This document shows, one piece after another, positions 8,925 to 18,543 of a stretch of DNA of 64,000 nt. The notes beneath the pieces were generated by a model. The model was given only the letters and a program-made list of their open reading frames with translations, was not told where the DNA came from and did no database searches. Every line of letters starts with the position of its first letter. The first letter of the stretch is position 1. The position numbers were made by a program, and so were the translations under genes. Origin of the DNA: an uncultured Acidimicrobiales bacterium (GTDB lineage: Bacteria > Actinomycetota > Acidimicrobiia > Acidimicrobiales > SHLQ01); contig CALLQB010000003.1 of NCBI GenBank assembly GCA_938015295.1, forward strand, positions 27,640 through 91,639. Reading direction: 5' to 3'.

Positions 8925-8955
8925 GGTTGCGGACCGAGAGGTGCAGGGGGAATAC

Positions 8956-9723
8956 GTGACGACGGATGGACTGCGAACGGCGGTTGTTTCAGGTGGTGGG
9001 TCTGGCATCGGGCAGGCCATAGCGAGATCGCTCTTCGCCGACGGATACGACGTCGTAATTCTCGGACGAAGGCGTGAGAATCTCGACGCGGCGATCGACA
9101 CGATTACCTCCGATTCGCAACCCACGCGTGGTTCCCTTTTCGGCGTCACCGGCGACCTTGCAGACCCCTCGTCGGTTGAACGCATCGTTGGCGACGTCGT
9201 CGGACGCTTCGGTCGCCCTGTCGATGTTGTGGTTGCCAACGCTGGCCGGCCCGCCAAAAGACCAGCCGAAAGCCTCGAGTCAGTGCAGACTGCGTGGCGT
9301 GATGCGATCGAGGGCAACACGCTTCCTGCCGTGCTGTTAGTGGAGGGGCTAAAACCGCACCTCTCCGACTCCAGCCGAATCGTGTTCATCAGTTCAGCCG
9401 CTGCCAGCGGCCATGGTGGAGGTGCCTACGGTGGGGCCAAAGCAGCTCTCCACAGCTACATGTTTGACCTTGCGGTCGAACTTGGCCCCGCAGGCGTGAC
9501 CTCCAACGTCGTCGCACCAGGATTCATCGCCGATACCGAACTGTTCGGAGGGCGGCTCACCCCCGAACGCACAGCGGCGTTTGTCGACCGCACACTTGTG
9601 AAGAGGGCCGGTCTGCCACCCGACGTCGCAGCTGCTGTTCGATGGTTGGCGAGCGAACAGGCCGGGTACGTAACGGCCCAGGTCATCGGGATCGACGGCG
9701 GCGCTCTCATCGATCCGAACTGA
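8956..9723 (+). CDS. short-chain dehydrogenase/reductase (SDR)
   Basis: ORF track 8656..9723 trimmed to GTG 8956 (AGGGGG 5 nt upstream); GTG 8941 is an alternative. Motifs: TAVVSGGGSGIGQA, NAG, and the Y-x-x-x-K triad in GGAYGGAKAAL. Confidence 0.85.
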   Translation: MTTDGLRTAVVSGGGSGIGQAIARSLFADGYDVVILGRRRENLDAAIDTITSDSQPTRGSLFGVTGDLADPSSVERIVGDVVGRFGRPVDVVVANAGRPAKRPAESLESVQTAWRDAIEGNTLPAVLLVEGLKPHLSDSSRIVFISSAAASGHGGGAYGGAKAALHSYMFDLAVELGPAGVTSNVVAPGFIADTELFGGRLTPERTAAFVDRTLVKRAGLPPDVAAAVRWLASEQAGYVTAQVIGIDGGALIDPN

Positions 9724-9746
9724 TACTGCGGCCGGCTACCGAAGAG

Positions 9747-10955
9747 TCATTCCTCCGGACCCCGATCGGGGAGAATTGGCACTAATGGCCCGGGGGCGCT
9801 GCCCAGAAGTGTTGCTCGGCCAATCGCCTTGGCCCCGAAGCGATCGCGCAACACGTCGATGGCGGTGTCGAGCTGCGGGGATGACCTGCCATCGAACGGC
9901 AGCGCTTGCTGTACAGCGGTGGCAGGCGACAGGTTCGCGATGGTCAACCCGAGAAGGGTGAGTTGGCGCTCGACCAACTCGTCACCTCTGGCCAGCAGCA
10001 GATGACGTGCAGCATCGAGAAACAACGCCGTCGAGGCTGACGGCTGGTCGAGTGTGGTCGAGCGGGTGTCGCGGGTGAAGTCGCCGAATCGAAAACGCAA
10101 GACCACGGTGCGGCCAACGCGGTCTCCTTCGCGGAGTCGGCGACATACCCGGTCGACGAGCTCCAGAAGGACGCCGTCGTAGTCGTCGAGAGAGCGGACC
10201 TGTCGGCCAAGCGCCCGCTGGGATCCAACCGACGACCGTCGCTTGCCCGTTACCACCGGCCGGGGATCGAGATTGTTGGCCAGAGCGCTCAGGTGATGGC
10301 CAGCACCCTTACCGAGAAGAGAAACCAGTGGTCCCTCGCCAAGAGCAGCGACCTCGCCAACCGTGGTGATGCCCTTGTCGGCCAATTTTGCCGCCGTGAC
10401 CTTGCCGACCCCCCACAGCTTTCCCACCTCTAGCGGATGTAAGAACTCAAGCTCGGCGTCGGGCTCGACCACAAGGAGGCCATCGGGTTTACACACTCCG
10501 CTCGCCACCTTGGCCAAAAATTTGGTTCTGGCAACGCCAATGGAGATCGCCAGCCCAACCTCGCTGGCCACCCGTTCGCGAAGAAGGCGCGCCACGGTCG
10601 CCGGACTGCCCACCAGGCGCGAGAGCCCACCGACTTCGAGAAACGCTTCGTCGACCGAGAGGGGCTCGACCAGCGGCGTGGTGTCGTTGAAAATGCTGAA
10701 CACCTGCCGACTTGCCTCCGAGTATGCGTCGATACGAGGAGTAACAGTGAGCAGACCAGGACAAAGCTGGCGTGCTTGGCGAATGTTCATCGCCGTTCGG
10801 ACCCCCGTGGCCCGGGCCTCGTAGCTGGCCGCGAGAATAACGCCGCCGCCAACCGCTATTGGGCGCCCGCGGAGTTCAGGGTGGTCGCGTTGTTCGACCG
10901 ATGCATAAAACGCGTCGAGATCGGCGTGAAGAATGGTGGCTCGCATCGAACACAT
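9747..10955 (-). CDS. dinB: DNA polymerase IV (Y-family translesion polymerase)
   Basis: ORF track 9747..11126 trimmed to the ATG giving MCSMRATILHADLDAFYASVEQRDHPELRGRPIAVGG. Further family-typical segments are SVDEAFLEV and GIGVARTKFLAKVAS...KPDG. Confidence 0.9.
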   Translation of the reverse strand: MCSMRATILHADLDAFYASVEQRDHPELRGRPIAVGGGVILAASYEARATGVRTAMNIRQARQLCPGLLTVTPRIDAYSEASRQVFSIFNDTTPLVEPLSVDEAFLEVGGLSRLVGSPATVARLLRERVASEVGLAISIGVARTKFLAKVASGVCKPDGLLVVEPDAELEFLHPLEVGKLWGVGKVTAAKLADKGITTVGEVAALGEGPLVSLLGKGAGHHLSALANNLDPRPVVTGKRRSSVGSQRALGRQVRSLDDYDGVLLELVDRVCRRLREGDRVGRTVVLRFRFGDFTRDTRSTTLDQPSASTALFLDAARHLLLARGDELVERQLTLLGLTIANLSPATAVQQALPFDGRSSPQLDTAIDVLRDRFGAKAIGRATLLGSAPGPLVPILPDRGPEE

Positions 10956-11045
10956 GTTCGCATCGTAGTCAGGTGCGCTGACATCGGTCGAGAACGTGGC
11001 TGAACCCCGAGGCGCAACGGCATCGACCGCGCCTAGATTGTCGAC

Positions 11046-11813
11046 ATGGACGACGAACACTACCGCTCTGCTGCCATCGAACTCCTCAATGGTCGGGCGT
11101 CGATGGAGTCGATCAGCAAGCTGCACACGTCGCCGACGACTACCGACGACTCGTACGCAATTCAGGACCTCGTTGTGGGCGACGCTGCTGAGGTGGGCTG
11201 GAAGATCGGCGCAACGTCGGCGTTCGCACAGGAATTTCTTGGGTGCGACGGGCCGTTTTGCTCGCCGATGATCGACAACATTGTTGCGACGGGAGCGTCG
11301 ATCGAGTTCTCGTCACTACTGAACCCGATGATGGAGCCCGAGATCGCCGTTGTGCTCGGTACCGATCTCTCGGCAGCAGCCGGGCCGGTGACCGTCGACC
11401 AGGCTCGCGCAGCCACAGCATCGTTGCGACCATCGATCGAGCTGATCGGCGGCTGCTTTCCTGACATTTCGGCCTGTGGCGTCGAATCACTCATCGCCGA
11501 CTGGGGCGGAAACCTGGGGATTGTCCTCGGCGACCCGGTAACCGAATGGCACGATATTGACTTGCAAGCAGTACCCGTCGAGTTGCGACAGAACGGCGCA
11601 GTCGTCGGGGCTGGCCACGGTGCAGATGCGATGGGCGGACCTATGGAAGCGTTGGCCTGGCTCGCCAATCACCTACACCGGCGCGGCAAAACCCTGCGGG
11701 CCGGGCAAATCGTTACCACCGGCACCTGTGGTGGGGTCGCTCCACTGCGCGCTGACGACAACGCCCTTGCCACGCATGGGCCCCTAGGCGAGGTGTCGTT
11801 CACCCTCGTCTAG
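11046..11813 (+). CDS. 2-keto-4-pentenoate hydratase / 2-oxohepta-3-ene-1,7-dioate hydratase family protein
   Basis: 255-aa ORF with the GWKIGATS motif, EPEIAVVLG, and a C-terminal GQIVTTGTCGG typical of MhpD/HpcG-type hydratases. Confidence 0.7.
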   Translation: MDDEHYRSAAIELLNGRASMESISKLHTSPTTTDDSYAIQDLVVGDAAEVGWKIGATSAFAQEFLGCDGPFCSPMIDNIVATGASIEFSSLLNPMMEPEIAVVLGTDLSAAAGPVTVDQARAATASLRPSIELIGGCFPDISACGVESLIADWGGNLGIVLGDPVTEWHDIDLQAVPVELRQNGAVVGAGHGADAMGGPMEALAWLANHLHRRGKTLRAGQIVTTGTCGGVAPLRADDNALATHGPLGEVSFTLV

Positions 11814-11822
11814 CCTGCCGAC

Positions 11823-12089
11823 CTACATCGAAGGTCCGGCTGCTTCTGCAACAGCCTTTTTGTATTTCTCAAGCGCTCGTTTGTGTCCGTTCGACCCTGA
11901 ACCGACAACGCCGCCGTCGCGGGCTCCCTTCACGACCTTTTCGAGTTCGTGAAGGAGTCCGTGGATGTCGTCTTCGGGTCCGGCGTTGCGCACGGCGTCG
12001 AACGCCACGTGTACGTCGCCGAGGCTTTCCTGCACGTCGGCGTATTCTTTCTCGAGTTTCTCGCGTGCCTTGTGTACGTCGTCGCTCAT
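11823..12089 (-). CDS. hypothetical 88-aa helical, charged protein
   Basis: This is the downstream part of ORF 11823..12560, starting at the ATG giving MSDDVHKAREKLEKEYADVQ.... It lies 17 nt after the amidase stop on the same strand. No obvious SD; no family recognised. Confidence 0.4.
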   Translation of the reverse strand: MSDDVHKAREKLEKEYADVQESLGDVHVAFDAVRNAGPEDDIHGLLHELEKVVKGARDGGVVGSGSNGHKRALEKYKKAVAEAAGPSM

Positions 12090-12106
12090 GAGCAGATTCT
12101 TGCAGG

Positions 12107-13552
12107 TTACGCGTGTATGGGGGGCCGATTTGCCGACCAGTTCACGACCTGTTCTAGCTGCGCCCCCACTTGCAGGAGCAGATCCTCCCTGCCGTAGGCC
12201 GCGATTATCTGCGCCCCAACCGGCAAACCCTCGTCGGTCTGACCGAGTGGGAGCGAGATTCCGGGCTGACCGGTGACATTGAAAGGCGACGTGTAGAGCG
12301 AATACGGGATGGAACCAATGGCCGACCGCATGGGATCGTCGACGGTCGGGGCCAGCTCGCCCAGCACTGGCGGGGGCGACGCTGTGGTCGGAGTGATCAG
12401 CAGGTCGAAGTCGTTCCACCAAGAACACACCGCTCGCCGGTAGGCGGCAGTGGCGGCATGCCCTGCTGCGGCATCTAGGGCAGTAGCGCTCTTGCCAGCC
12501 TGCGCCATCAGCCACGTTGCGGGCTCGACATCGTCCTCGGTGATCTCGCGTCCGAGCCATTCGGCGATGGTTTGCAGGCTCAGCGCAGTGGCGCCTCCCC
12601 AGAGGGCCGGGGCTCCCGTGGTGTACTGCGGGTCAAACAGCGCCGAAGGCGACGCCATCTCGACGTGGTGCCCGAGTGCTTCGAGTTCGGTCGCAGCTCG
12701 TTGAGCTGCGCCAGCACAAGCCTCGTGGGTGGGTAATCGGGGGTTGTCGGTCAGCAGTCCGATCCGCAGGGCGCCGGGCGACTCGGTTACAGCGGTGGCG
12801 TACGGGCGGCCGAAATTGGGAGCGACAACACCGTCGCCGACCGTGGCGATTGCGCTCACGTCGAGGATGTTTGCTGCGTCACGCATCGTCCAGCAGACGA
12901 CGTGTTGGCACGAGCGACTCCACTCTTCGCTCAGCGGCCCCATTGGCACCCGCCCTCGAGAAGGCTTCAGGCCGACGAGCCCGGTCATGGCAGCCGGAAT
13001 TCGGATCGAGCCACCTCCGTCGCTCGCGTTTGCTGCTGGCACGATGCCTGCGGCGACCGCTGCAGCGCTGCCGCCACTTGAACCGCCGGGACCGTGGTCG
13101 ATGTTCCAGGGGTTTCGAGTGGCGCCGTAGGCCAGTGGCTCGGTCGTCGCAGACAGGCCGAGCTCGGGGGTGTTTGTGCGGCCAAAGATGACAAAGCCCG
13201 CTCGTCGATAGTTGGTGACCAAATCGCTATCGGTCGGGTGGATGTACCCGGCTTCTTTCAAACCCTTGACGCCCAGATGTAGCGGGTCGCCTGCGCTCGC
13301 CGGCCAAAGATCCTTGAGGAGAAATGGCACGCCCTTGAATGGCCCATCGGGAAGATCTGGCGAGACTGCTGTAGCGCGTGCCTTGTCGTCGAACCGGTGG
13401 ATGATGGCGTTGATCTCGGGGTCGATGCGGTCGGCTAGAGCGATGGCTCGCTCGAGAAGCTCGGCAGACGTAACTTCGCCGTTGCGCACGAGTTGTGCCT
13501 GACCCGTGGCATCGAGACGGGCGATGCTGGAGTCGTCGATGATGCTGCTCAT
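12107..13552 (-). CDS. amidase (amidase-signature family, GatA-like)
   Basis: ORF track 12107..13675 trimmed to the ATG giving [14 protein letters not shown]. It has the amidase signature GGSSGGSAAAVAAG and GGSIRIPAA. The start shares 1 nt with the stop of the upstream gene (TGATG). Confidence 0.9.
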   Translation of the reverse strand: MSSIIDDSSIARLDATGQAQLVRNGEVTSAELLERAIALADRIDPEINAIIHRFDDKARATAVSPDLPDGPFKGVPFLLKDLWPASAGDPLHLGVKGLKEAGYIHPTDSDLVTNYRRAGFVIFGRTNTPELGLSATTEPLAYGATRNPWNIDHGPGGSSGGSAAAVAAGIVPAANASDGGGSIRIPAAMTGLVGLKPSRGRVPMGPLSEEWSRSCQHVVCWTMRDAANILDVSAIATVGDGVVAPNFGRPYATAVTESPGALRIGLLTDNPRLPTHEACAGAAQRAATELEALGHHVEMASPSALFDPQYTTGAPALWGGATALSLQTIAEWLGREITEDDVEPATWLMAQAGKSATALDAAAGHAATAAYRRAVCSWWNDFDLLITPTTASPPPVLGELAPTVDDPMRSAIGSIPYSLYTSPFNVTGQPGISLPLGQTDEGLPVGAQIIAAYGREDLLLQVGAQLEQVVNWSANRPPIHA

Positions 13553-14784
13553 CACTGACCGCCTGGTCCGAGATCGCCCAGCTTTACGAGTTTGGTGGTG
13601 ATTGTCGGTTCGGTTTCGTTCTGCACGAAGCGCAGACCCATAACGCCATGATCGCTTGTGCCGGGGTCGACCCAATTCGGCACACCCGGGTCGCTAGTAC
13701 ACACCACAATCCGCACGCGGTTGGGGGCGGTTACCTGGGCGTTCTCCGCCGAGAGGTACCCCTTGGCCGTGATGTAATCGGCAAGGTTTTCCATCCAGTG
13801 ATTACAGAGCTGAAAGTTCCAATGTCTGCACACCGGCACGTCAAAATCGATGACCAGCGCCTCATCGGCCGCCAAACGCCAATAGCCGAATTCGAAGTGC
13901 CGGTCGTCGGGCGAGCCACCGATGCGTTTGTAAATTTCGACCGTGTGCTGCAGTTCGTTCTCGAGTTCGAGCAGCTCACGAGTCCACTCTGCATAATCAG
14001 CCTGGATGCCAAGCACGAGCTGCGCGGCGGTTGCCAGCCGGGCCGACATGTCGGCAGCGGAGGGAGCCGGGGGAGTCCTAACGGGGTCAAGGCACTCGAT
14101 GGTGAGTTTCGGAGGCTGCTGAGTTTCGCGGTCGTCGTACACCGCGCGGATCATCAGTTCGCGCGTGCCCGTGGCCATTGGAAACCAGTTGCCTTCCTGC
14201 TCGGCCACCGACATGACGAAGTCGACGTTGCCATCATCGTCAGTGAAGTCATCGAGGATTGCCGTGAACGGGGTGACCGCGTTGTTGGGGTTGAACTCGT
14301 CGAGCATCGACTCGGCATTGAGGCCGACGGGGCGCGAGCCGACATCGGTCGGGATCGGCGGGGTCCATGCCGACAGGTGCACGTGCGGCACGTTCTTTCG
14401 TTGGCCGCTGATTCGGTAGCGATAACGGCCATCGACGGGTTGAACGACATGGTCTTGGTTCGGTGACTGCACCCCGATGCCGCCCTTGAGCGGAGGTCGG
14501 ATGAACCAGATGGGCGTTGGTGTCTGGGTAGGAGTCGACCTCTCGATCGCCCGAAAGTTCGCCATCAGCATCATGCGGGTTAGGTAGCGGAAGCCCTCGA
14601 CACGGTCTTGTTCATTGCCATCGGGCGTCTCGCGAAGAACGATCTGGCCCGCTCGCTTGAGGGTGTCGCAAAAGTCGTCCCAGGCTCGGCCGTCGAGGAG
14701 TCTGGCCGCTGCCTCTGCCTCACGTGGGTTGGCGAGGTTCGTGGTCATTTCTGCAGCGCCCGGCAGGTTTTCTGATGAACTCAT
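13552..14784 (-). CDS. DUF1214-like protein of unknown function (family assignment tentative)
   Basis: 410-aa ORF with good codon bias. Segments [31 protein letters not shown] and [20 protein letters not shown] resemble DUF1214-type proteins from memory. It is a distant paralog of 20938..22083. Confidence 0.55.
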   Translation of the reverse strand: MSSSENLPGAAEMTTNLANPREAEAAARLLDGRAWDDFCDTLKRAGQIVLRETPDGNEQDRVEGFRYLTRMMLMANFRAIERSTPTQTPTPIWFIRPPLKGGIGVQSPNQDHVVQPVDGRYRYRISGQRKNVPHVHLSAWTPPIPTDVGSRPVGLNAESMLDEFNPNNAVTPFTAILDDFTDDDGNVDFVMSVAEQEGNWFPMATGTRELMIRAVYDDRETQQPPKLTIECLDPVRTPPAPSAADMSARLATAAQLVLGIQADYAEWTRELLELENELQHTVEIYKRIGGSPDDRHFEFGYWRLAADEALVIDFDVPVCRHWNFQLCNHWMENLADYITAKGYLSAENAQVTAPNRVRIVVCTSDPGVPNWVDPGTSDHGVMGLRFVQNETEPTITTKLVKLGDLGPGGQ

Positions 14785-14897
14785 GGCCCTGTTGTAGCTC
14801 GTCAGAGCACTGCACTACGAAAACTAGATGCGGCAACAATCCTGTGACTTTGGGCCTCTGGTGCGGGTTTCGACCAAATACCCACCATCATTGATAG

Positions 14898-16778
14898 GTG
14901 ACCTCCTCTGCTACCGCGCCTGCGGCCCCCCTCGCTACTCGCGACGACATCCGAAACATCGCCATCATTGCCCACGTCGACCACGGCAAGACCACGCTCG
15001 TCGACGGCATGCTGCAGCAAGCGGGCGCCTTCGGCGACCACAAAGAGATGGACGATCGAGTCATGGACTCGATGGATCTTGAAAAAGAGAAGGGCATCAC
15101 CATCGAGGCCAAGAACACCTCGATCCGCTGGGGCGACACGAAGATCAACGTCGTCGACACCCCTGGTCACGCCGACTTTGGTGGCGAGGTCGAACGTGCG
15201 CTCACCATGGTCGATGGCGTGCTGCTGCTGGTCGATGCCAGCGAGGGTCCGCTGCCCCAGACTCGTTTCGTGCTGCGCAAGGCGCTTACTGCCGACTTGC
15301 CGGTCGTGGTCGTCATCAACAAGATCGATCGTCCCGATGCACGTATCGCCGAGGTCGTTTCGGAGGTCGAAGACCTGTTCCTCGACGTCGAAGCCGAAGA
15401 ACATCAGATCGATTTTCCCATCGTCTACACCGTTGCTCGAGAAGGCCAGGCCACGCTCGACCTCGCGACGCCGGGTACCGATCTCAACCCGCTGTTCGAA
15501 GCGATCCTCGAGCGAGTTCCTGCCCCGAGCTACGAGCCTGGCCACCCGCTCCAGGCTTGGGTGACCAACCTGGGCGCATCTCCCTATGTTGGCCGTTTGG
15601 CGATCTGTCGCATCATGAACGGCGAAATCAAGAAGGGTCAAGCTGTTTCGTGGTGCAAGGCCGATGGCACCATCGAGGCCGCCAAGATCACCGAACTCTA
15701 CGCAACCGAGAGCCACGAACGCGTCGAGATTGACTCGGCCTTCGCCGGCGAACTTGTCGCCGTCGCCGGTCTACCCGGTGTCACCATCGGCGAAACTCTT
15801 GGAGACCCCGGCGAAGGTCGGCCGATGCCGGTTATCTCGGTGGATGAGCCAAGCCTGTCGATGACCGTTGGTATCAACACCTCGCCGATCTCTGGTCGCA
15901 GCGGTAGCAAGCTCACCGCACGTCAGGTCAAAGATCGTCTCGACAAAGAACTCGTCGGTAATGTCTCGCTCCGAGTCCTCGATCTCGACCGACCCGACGC
16001 TTGGGAAGTGCAGGGCCGTGGCGAACTCCAGCTTGCGGTTCTGGTCGAGATCATGCGCCGAGAAGGCTTCGAGCTGACCGTCGGAAAACCACAGGTTGTT
16101 ACCCGAGAAATCGACGGCAAGTTGCACGAGCCGGTCGAACGCGTGTCGATCGATATTCCCGAAGAGCATGTCGGGGGCGTCACCCAACTTCTCGCTCCGC
16201 GCAAAGGCCTGATGCAAGAAATCGTCAACCACGGCACCGGTTGGGTTCGTCTCGACTACCGCATTCCGGCTCGTGGGCTCATTGGTTTCCGCACCGACTT
16301 TCTCACCGAAACTCGCGGTACCGGCATTATCAACCATGTCTTCGACGGCTGGATGGTGTGGCAGGGTGAAATTCAGGCTCGTCATCGTGGCTCGATGGTC
16401 GCCGACCGAACCGGCGTCGCTACCAGCAACGCGATTTTGAACCTGCAGGAACGTGGCCTGTTCTTTATCGGCGTTGGCGCAGATGTGTACGAAGGCATGA
16501 TCGTCGGCGAAACACCGAAGCTCGGCGACATGGACGTCAACATTTGCAAAGAGAAGAAGCACACCAACGTTCGCGCCGCCGCCGCTGACGAAACCGTGCG
16601 ACTCACGCCGCCGAAGGTCATGTCGCTCGAGCAGTCTCTTGAGTTCATCGGCGACGACGAGTGCATCGAAGTCACCCCGGATGAAATCCGGCTCCGTAAA
16701 GTCGATCTCGACGCCACCGTTCGTCACCGCAACATGAAGAACCTCAAGAAGTCGCGCGACGGCGCCGACCAAAGCTGA
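14898..16778 (+). CDS. typA: translational GTPase TypA/BipA
   Basis: 626 aa. It has the G1 motif IAIIAHVDHGKTTLVD, DTPGHADFGGEV and NKIDR, and the overall EF-G-like length and C-terminal domain typical of BipA. Confidence 0.95.
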   Translation: MTSSATAPAAPLATRDDIRNIAIIAHVDHGKTTLVDGMLQQAGAFGDHKEMDDRVMDSMDLEKEKGITIEAKNTSIRWGDTKINVVDTPGHADFGGEVERALTMVDGVLLLVDASEGPLPQTRFVLRKALTADLPVVVVINKIDRPDARIAEVVSEVEDLFLDVEAEEHQIDFPIVYTVAREGQATLDLATPGTDLNPLFEAILERVPAPSYEPGHPLQAWVTNLGASPYVGRLAICRIMNGEIKKGQAVSWCKADGTIEAAKITELYATESHERVEIDSAFAGELVAVAGLPGVTIGETLGDPGEGRPMPVISVDEPSLSMTVGINTSPISGRSGSKLTARQVKDRLDKELVGNVSLRVLDLDRPDAWEVQGRGELQLAVLVEIMRREGFELTVGKPQVVTREIDGKLHEPVERVSIDIPEEHVGGVTQLLAPRKGLMQEIVNHGTGWVRLDYRIPARGLIGFRTDFLTETRGTGIINHVFDGWMVWQGEIQARHRGSMVADRTGVATSNAILNLQERGLFFIGVGADVYEGMIVGETPKLGDMDVNICKEKKHTNVRAAAADETVRLTPPKVMSLEQSLEFIGDDECIEVTPDEIRLRKVDLDATVRHRNMKNLKKSRDGADQS

Positions 16779-16779
16779 C

Positions 16780-18486
16780 ATGAGTAGGGGCGAGACAACA
16801 TTCGGTGACCTCGGCGTTTCCGACGAGGTTGTCTCGGCACTTGCCAAAAATGGCATCACAACCGCGTTTCCCATCCAAACTGCCACCATCGAGGCGGCAC
16901 TCAGGGGTCGCGACATTTGCGGGAAGGCCCCGACAGGTTCGGGCAAAACGCTTGCCTTTGGTGTACCCGTTGTCGACCTTGTTGAAACCGGCAAGAAGCA
17001 TCGCCCGCGGGCGCTGATTCTTTCGCCGACTCGCGAGTTAGCTGCTCAGATCAAAGGTGAGATCACCCCGCTTGCCAAGGCGAAGGATCGCACGATCCTC
17101 ACCGTTTACGGTGGTACCAACATCCAGAACGACCGGAAACAGCTGGTCAAAGGGGTCGATATCGTCGTCGCTACGCCGGGCCGCCTCGAAGACCTGATAG
17201 GGCGAGGCTACCTGAGCCTGCACGAGGTCGACATTGTTGTCGTCGACGAAGCCGACCGGATGGCCGACATGGGATTTCTCCCAACGGTCAAACGAATACT
17301 CGATCAGACCTCTGGTGAACGACGAACCTTTCTGTTCTCGGCAACGCTCGACGGTGACGTCGACGAATTGATCAGCCGCTATCAGCATGACCCGCTCACT
17401 GTTGAGGTCGAAGACCGTGAGGGCGCCTCGGGCGACGTGCAGCACCTCTGGTACCGGGTCGACGGCAAAGGGCGAATCGATCTCACCGCTCGCATCCTTG
17501 AGCGGTACGAATCGTCGATCGTGTTTTGCCGCACGCGTAAGGGCTGCGACCGTGCAGCTCAGCTTCTGGTTCGTCGCGGCGTCGAGGCTGTCGCGATCCA
17601 CGGCGATCGTAGTCAGGCACAGCGCGAGCGGGCTCTGCGCACGTTCACCAAAGGTACCGCCAATGTGCTGGTTGCGACCGACGTCGCTGCCCGCGGCATC
17701 CATGTCGACAACGTTTCGTTGGTCATGCACTATGACCCGCCCGAGAACGACAAGGATTACATTCATCGCTCGGGTCGTACCGGCCGAGCCGGAGCCAGCG
17801 GCACGGTGATGTCGCTGATTATCCCCCAAAAAATTGGGGTCGCCAAAGGTCTCCAGAAATCACTAGGACTCCCGGTCGAGTTTGATGACTTTACGTTCGA
17901 CACGTTGCCGCAGCCCATCGATCGTCCAGAGCCAGAGCGTCGGCCGCGCGACGACCGCTCGAACGACGAACGTTTCGTCGCACCCGGTCAATCCAAACGC
18001 CGCGGCTCGGCCGCAGCTACGGGGCCGGCGGCCAAAGGCGCGTCAAAGCGTGGTCGGGGCCGAGATCGGCGTCCACGTTTCGACGACGACTTCGAGGGCA
18101 CCGATGTCACGCCCAAGGCGGTGCGAAAGCAGCGCAAGAAGCAGTGGGAAGCCGACAATGTGGTGAAGGGGCCAAGAGGTCGCATTGTTCGCGACGAAAA
18201 CGGCGACCCGATTCACAAAGAAGACGACCAGCGCCCGTCGACAAAGCCGAAGCGTAAAAGCTCGCCCCCACGCGACCGGCCACGAACCGCGGGCCGCGCC
18301 GTCGCTAAACCGAAGCGAAAGAAGCCGAAGAACCGATGGAACGAATCATCGGGTCAGGGCGCAAGCCAAAAGAACAAGGGTAAACGCCGAGCAGCAAGCG
18401 GCGACGGTACGGGCAAACATGCGTCGAAGAAATCGGCCAAGGGTTCGCCGGGATCAATCCGTAAAGACGGCCGCAACAGCCGCTGA
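16780..18486 (+). CDS. DEAD-box ATP-dependent RNA helicase with long Arg/Lys/Pro-rich C-terminal tail
   Basis: Q-motif region FGDLGVS...AFPIQ, then APTGSGKT, PTRELA, VVDEADRM, SAT, and HRSGRTGRAG. About 190 aa of basic low-complexity tail follow. Confidence 0.95.
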   Translation: MSRGETTFGDLGVSDEVVSALAKNGITTAFPIQTATIEAALRGRDICGKAPTGSGKTLAFGVPVVDLVETGKKHRPRALILSPTRELAAQIKGEITPLAKAKDRTILTVYGGTNIQNDRKQLVKGVDIVVATPGRLEDLIGRGYLSLHEVDIVVVDEADRMADMGFLPTVKRILDQTSGERRTFLFSATLDGDVDELISRYQHDPLTVEVEDREGASGDVQHLWYRVDGKGRIDLTARILERYESSIVFCRTRKGCDRAAQLLVRRGVEAVAIHGDRSQAQRERALRTFTKGTANVLVATDVAARGIHVDNVSLVMHYDPPENDKDYIHRSGRTGRAGASGTVMSLIIPQKIGVAKGLQKSLGLPVEFDDFTFDTLPQPIDRPEPERRPRDDRSNDERFVAPGQSKRRGSAAATGPAAKGASKRGRGRDRRPRFDDDFEGTDVTPKAVRKQRKKQWEADNVVKGPRGRIVRDENGDPIHKEDDQRPSTKPKRKSSPPRDRPRTAGRAVAKPKRKKPKNRWNESSGQGASQKNKGKRRAASGDGTGKHASKKSAKGSPGSIRKDGRNSR

Positions 18487-18504
18487 CGCGTTCGACTCAT
18501 CTCG

Positions 18505-18539
18505 AAAGGGGTCAGGCACTTTAAGTGCCTGACCCCTTT
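18505..18539. terminator. bidirectional intrinsic-terminator-like palindrome between convergent genes (shared repeat family, see 56536)
   Basis: The 15-bp perfect stem AAAGGGGTCAGGCAC/GTGCCTGACCCCTTT has a 5-nt loop. It is flanked by T-rich tracts on both strands and lies between the helicase stop (18486) and the stop at 18544. Confidence 0.75.
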
Positions 18540-18543
18540 GGGT

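Noticed and set aside
8286-8955. Genomic island or prophage integrated at tRNA-Val
   Set aside because: No integrase, transposase or phage gene is present on either side. The only direct repeat (12 nt, 8361 and 8478) does not include the tRNA 3-prime end and spans only ~120 bp.
12107-13675. N-terminal extensions of several track ORFs (12107..13675, 8656..9723, 9747..11126, 36352..38133, 57639..59207, 61171..61899, 39323..40417, 28524..29651)
   Set aside because: The extensions overlap neighbouring genes or intergenic DNA and are Arg-rich with no homology-like content. An internal ATG/GTG also coincides with the family-typical N-terminus, often forming an ATGA or TGATG junction with the upstream gene.
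17880-18532. Separate small genes in alternative frames over the helicase 3-prime region (17882..18166, 18185..18532)
   Set aside because: They overlap the Arg/Lys/Pro-rich low-complexity tail of the DEAD-box helicase, whose frame is continuous from the catalytic core. The alternative frames are repeat-driven artefacts.
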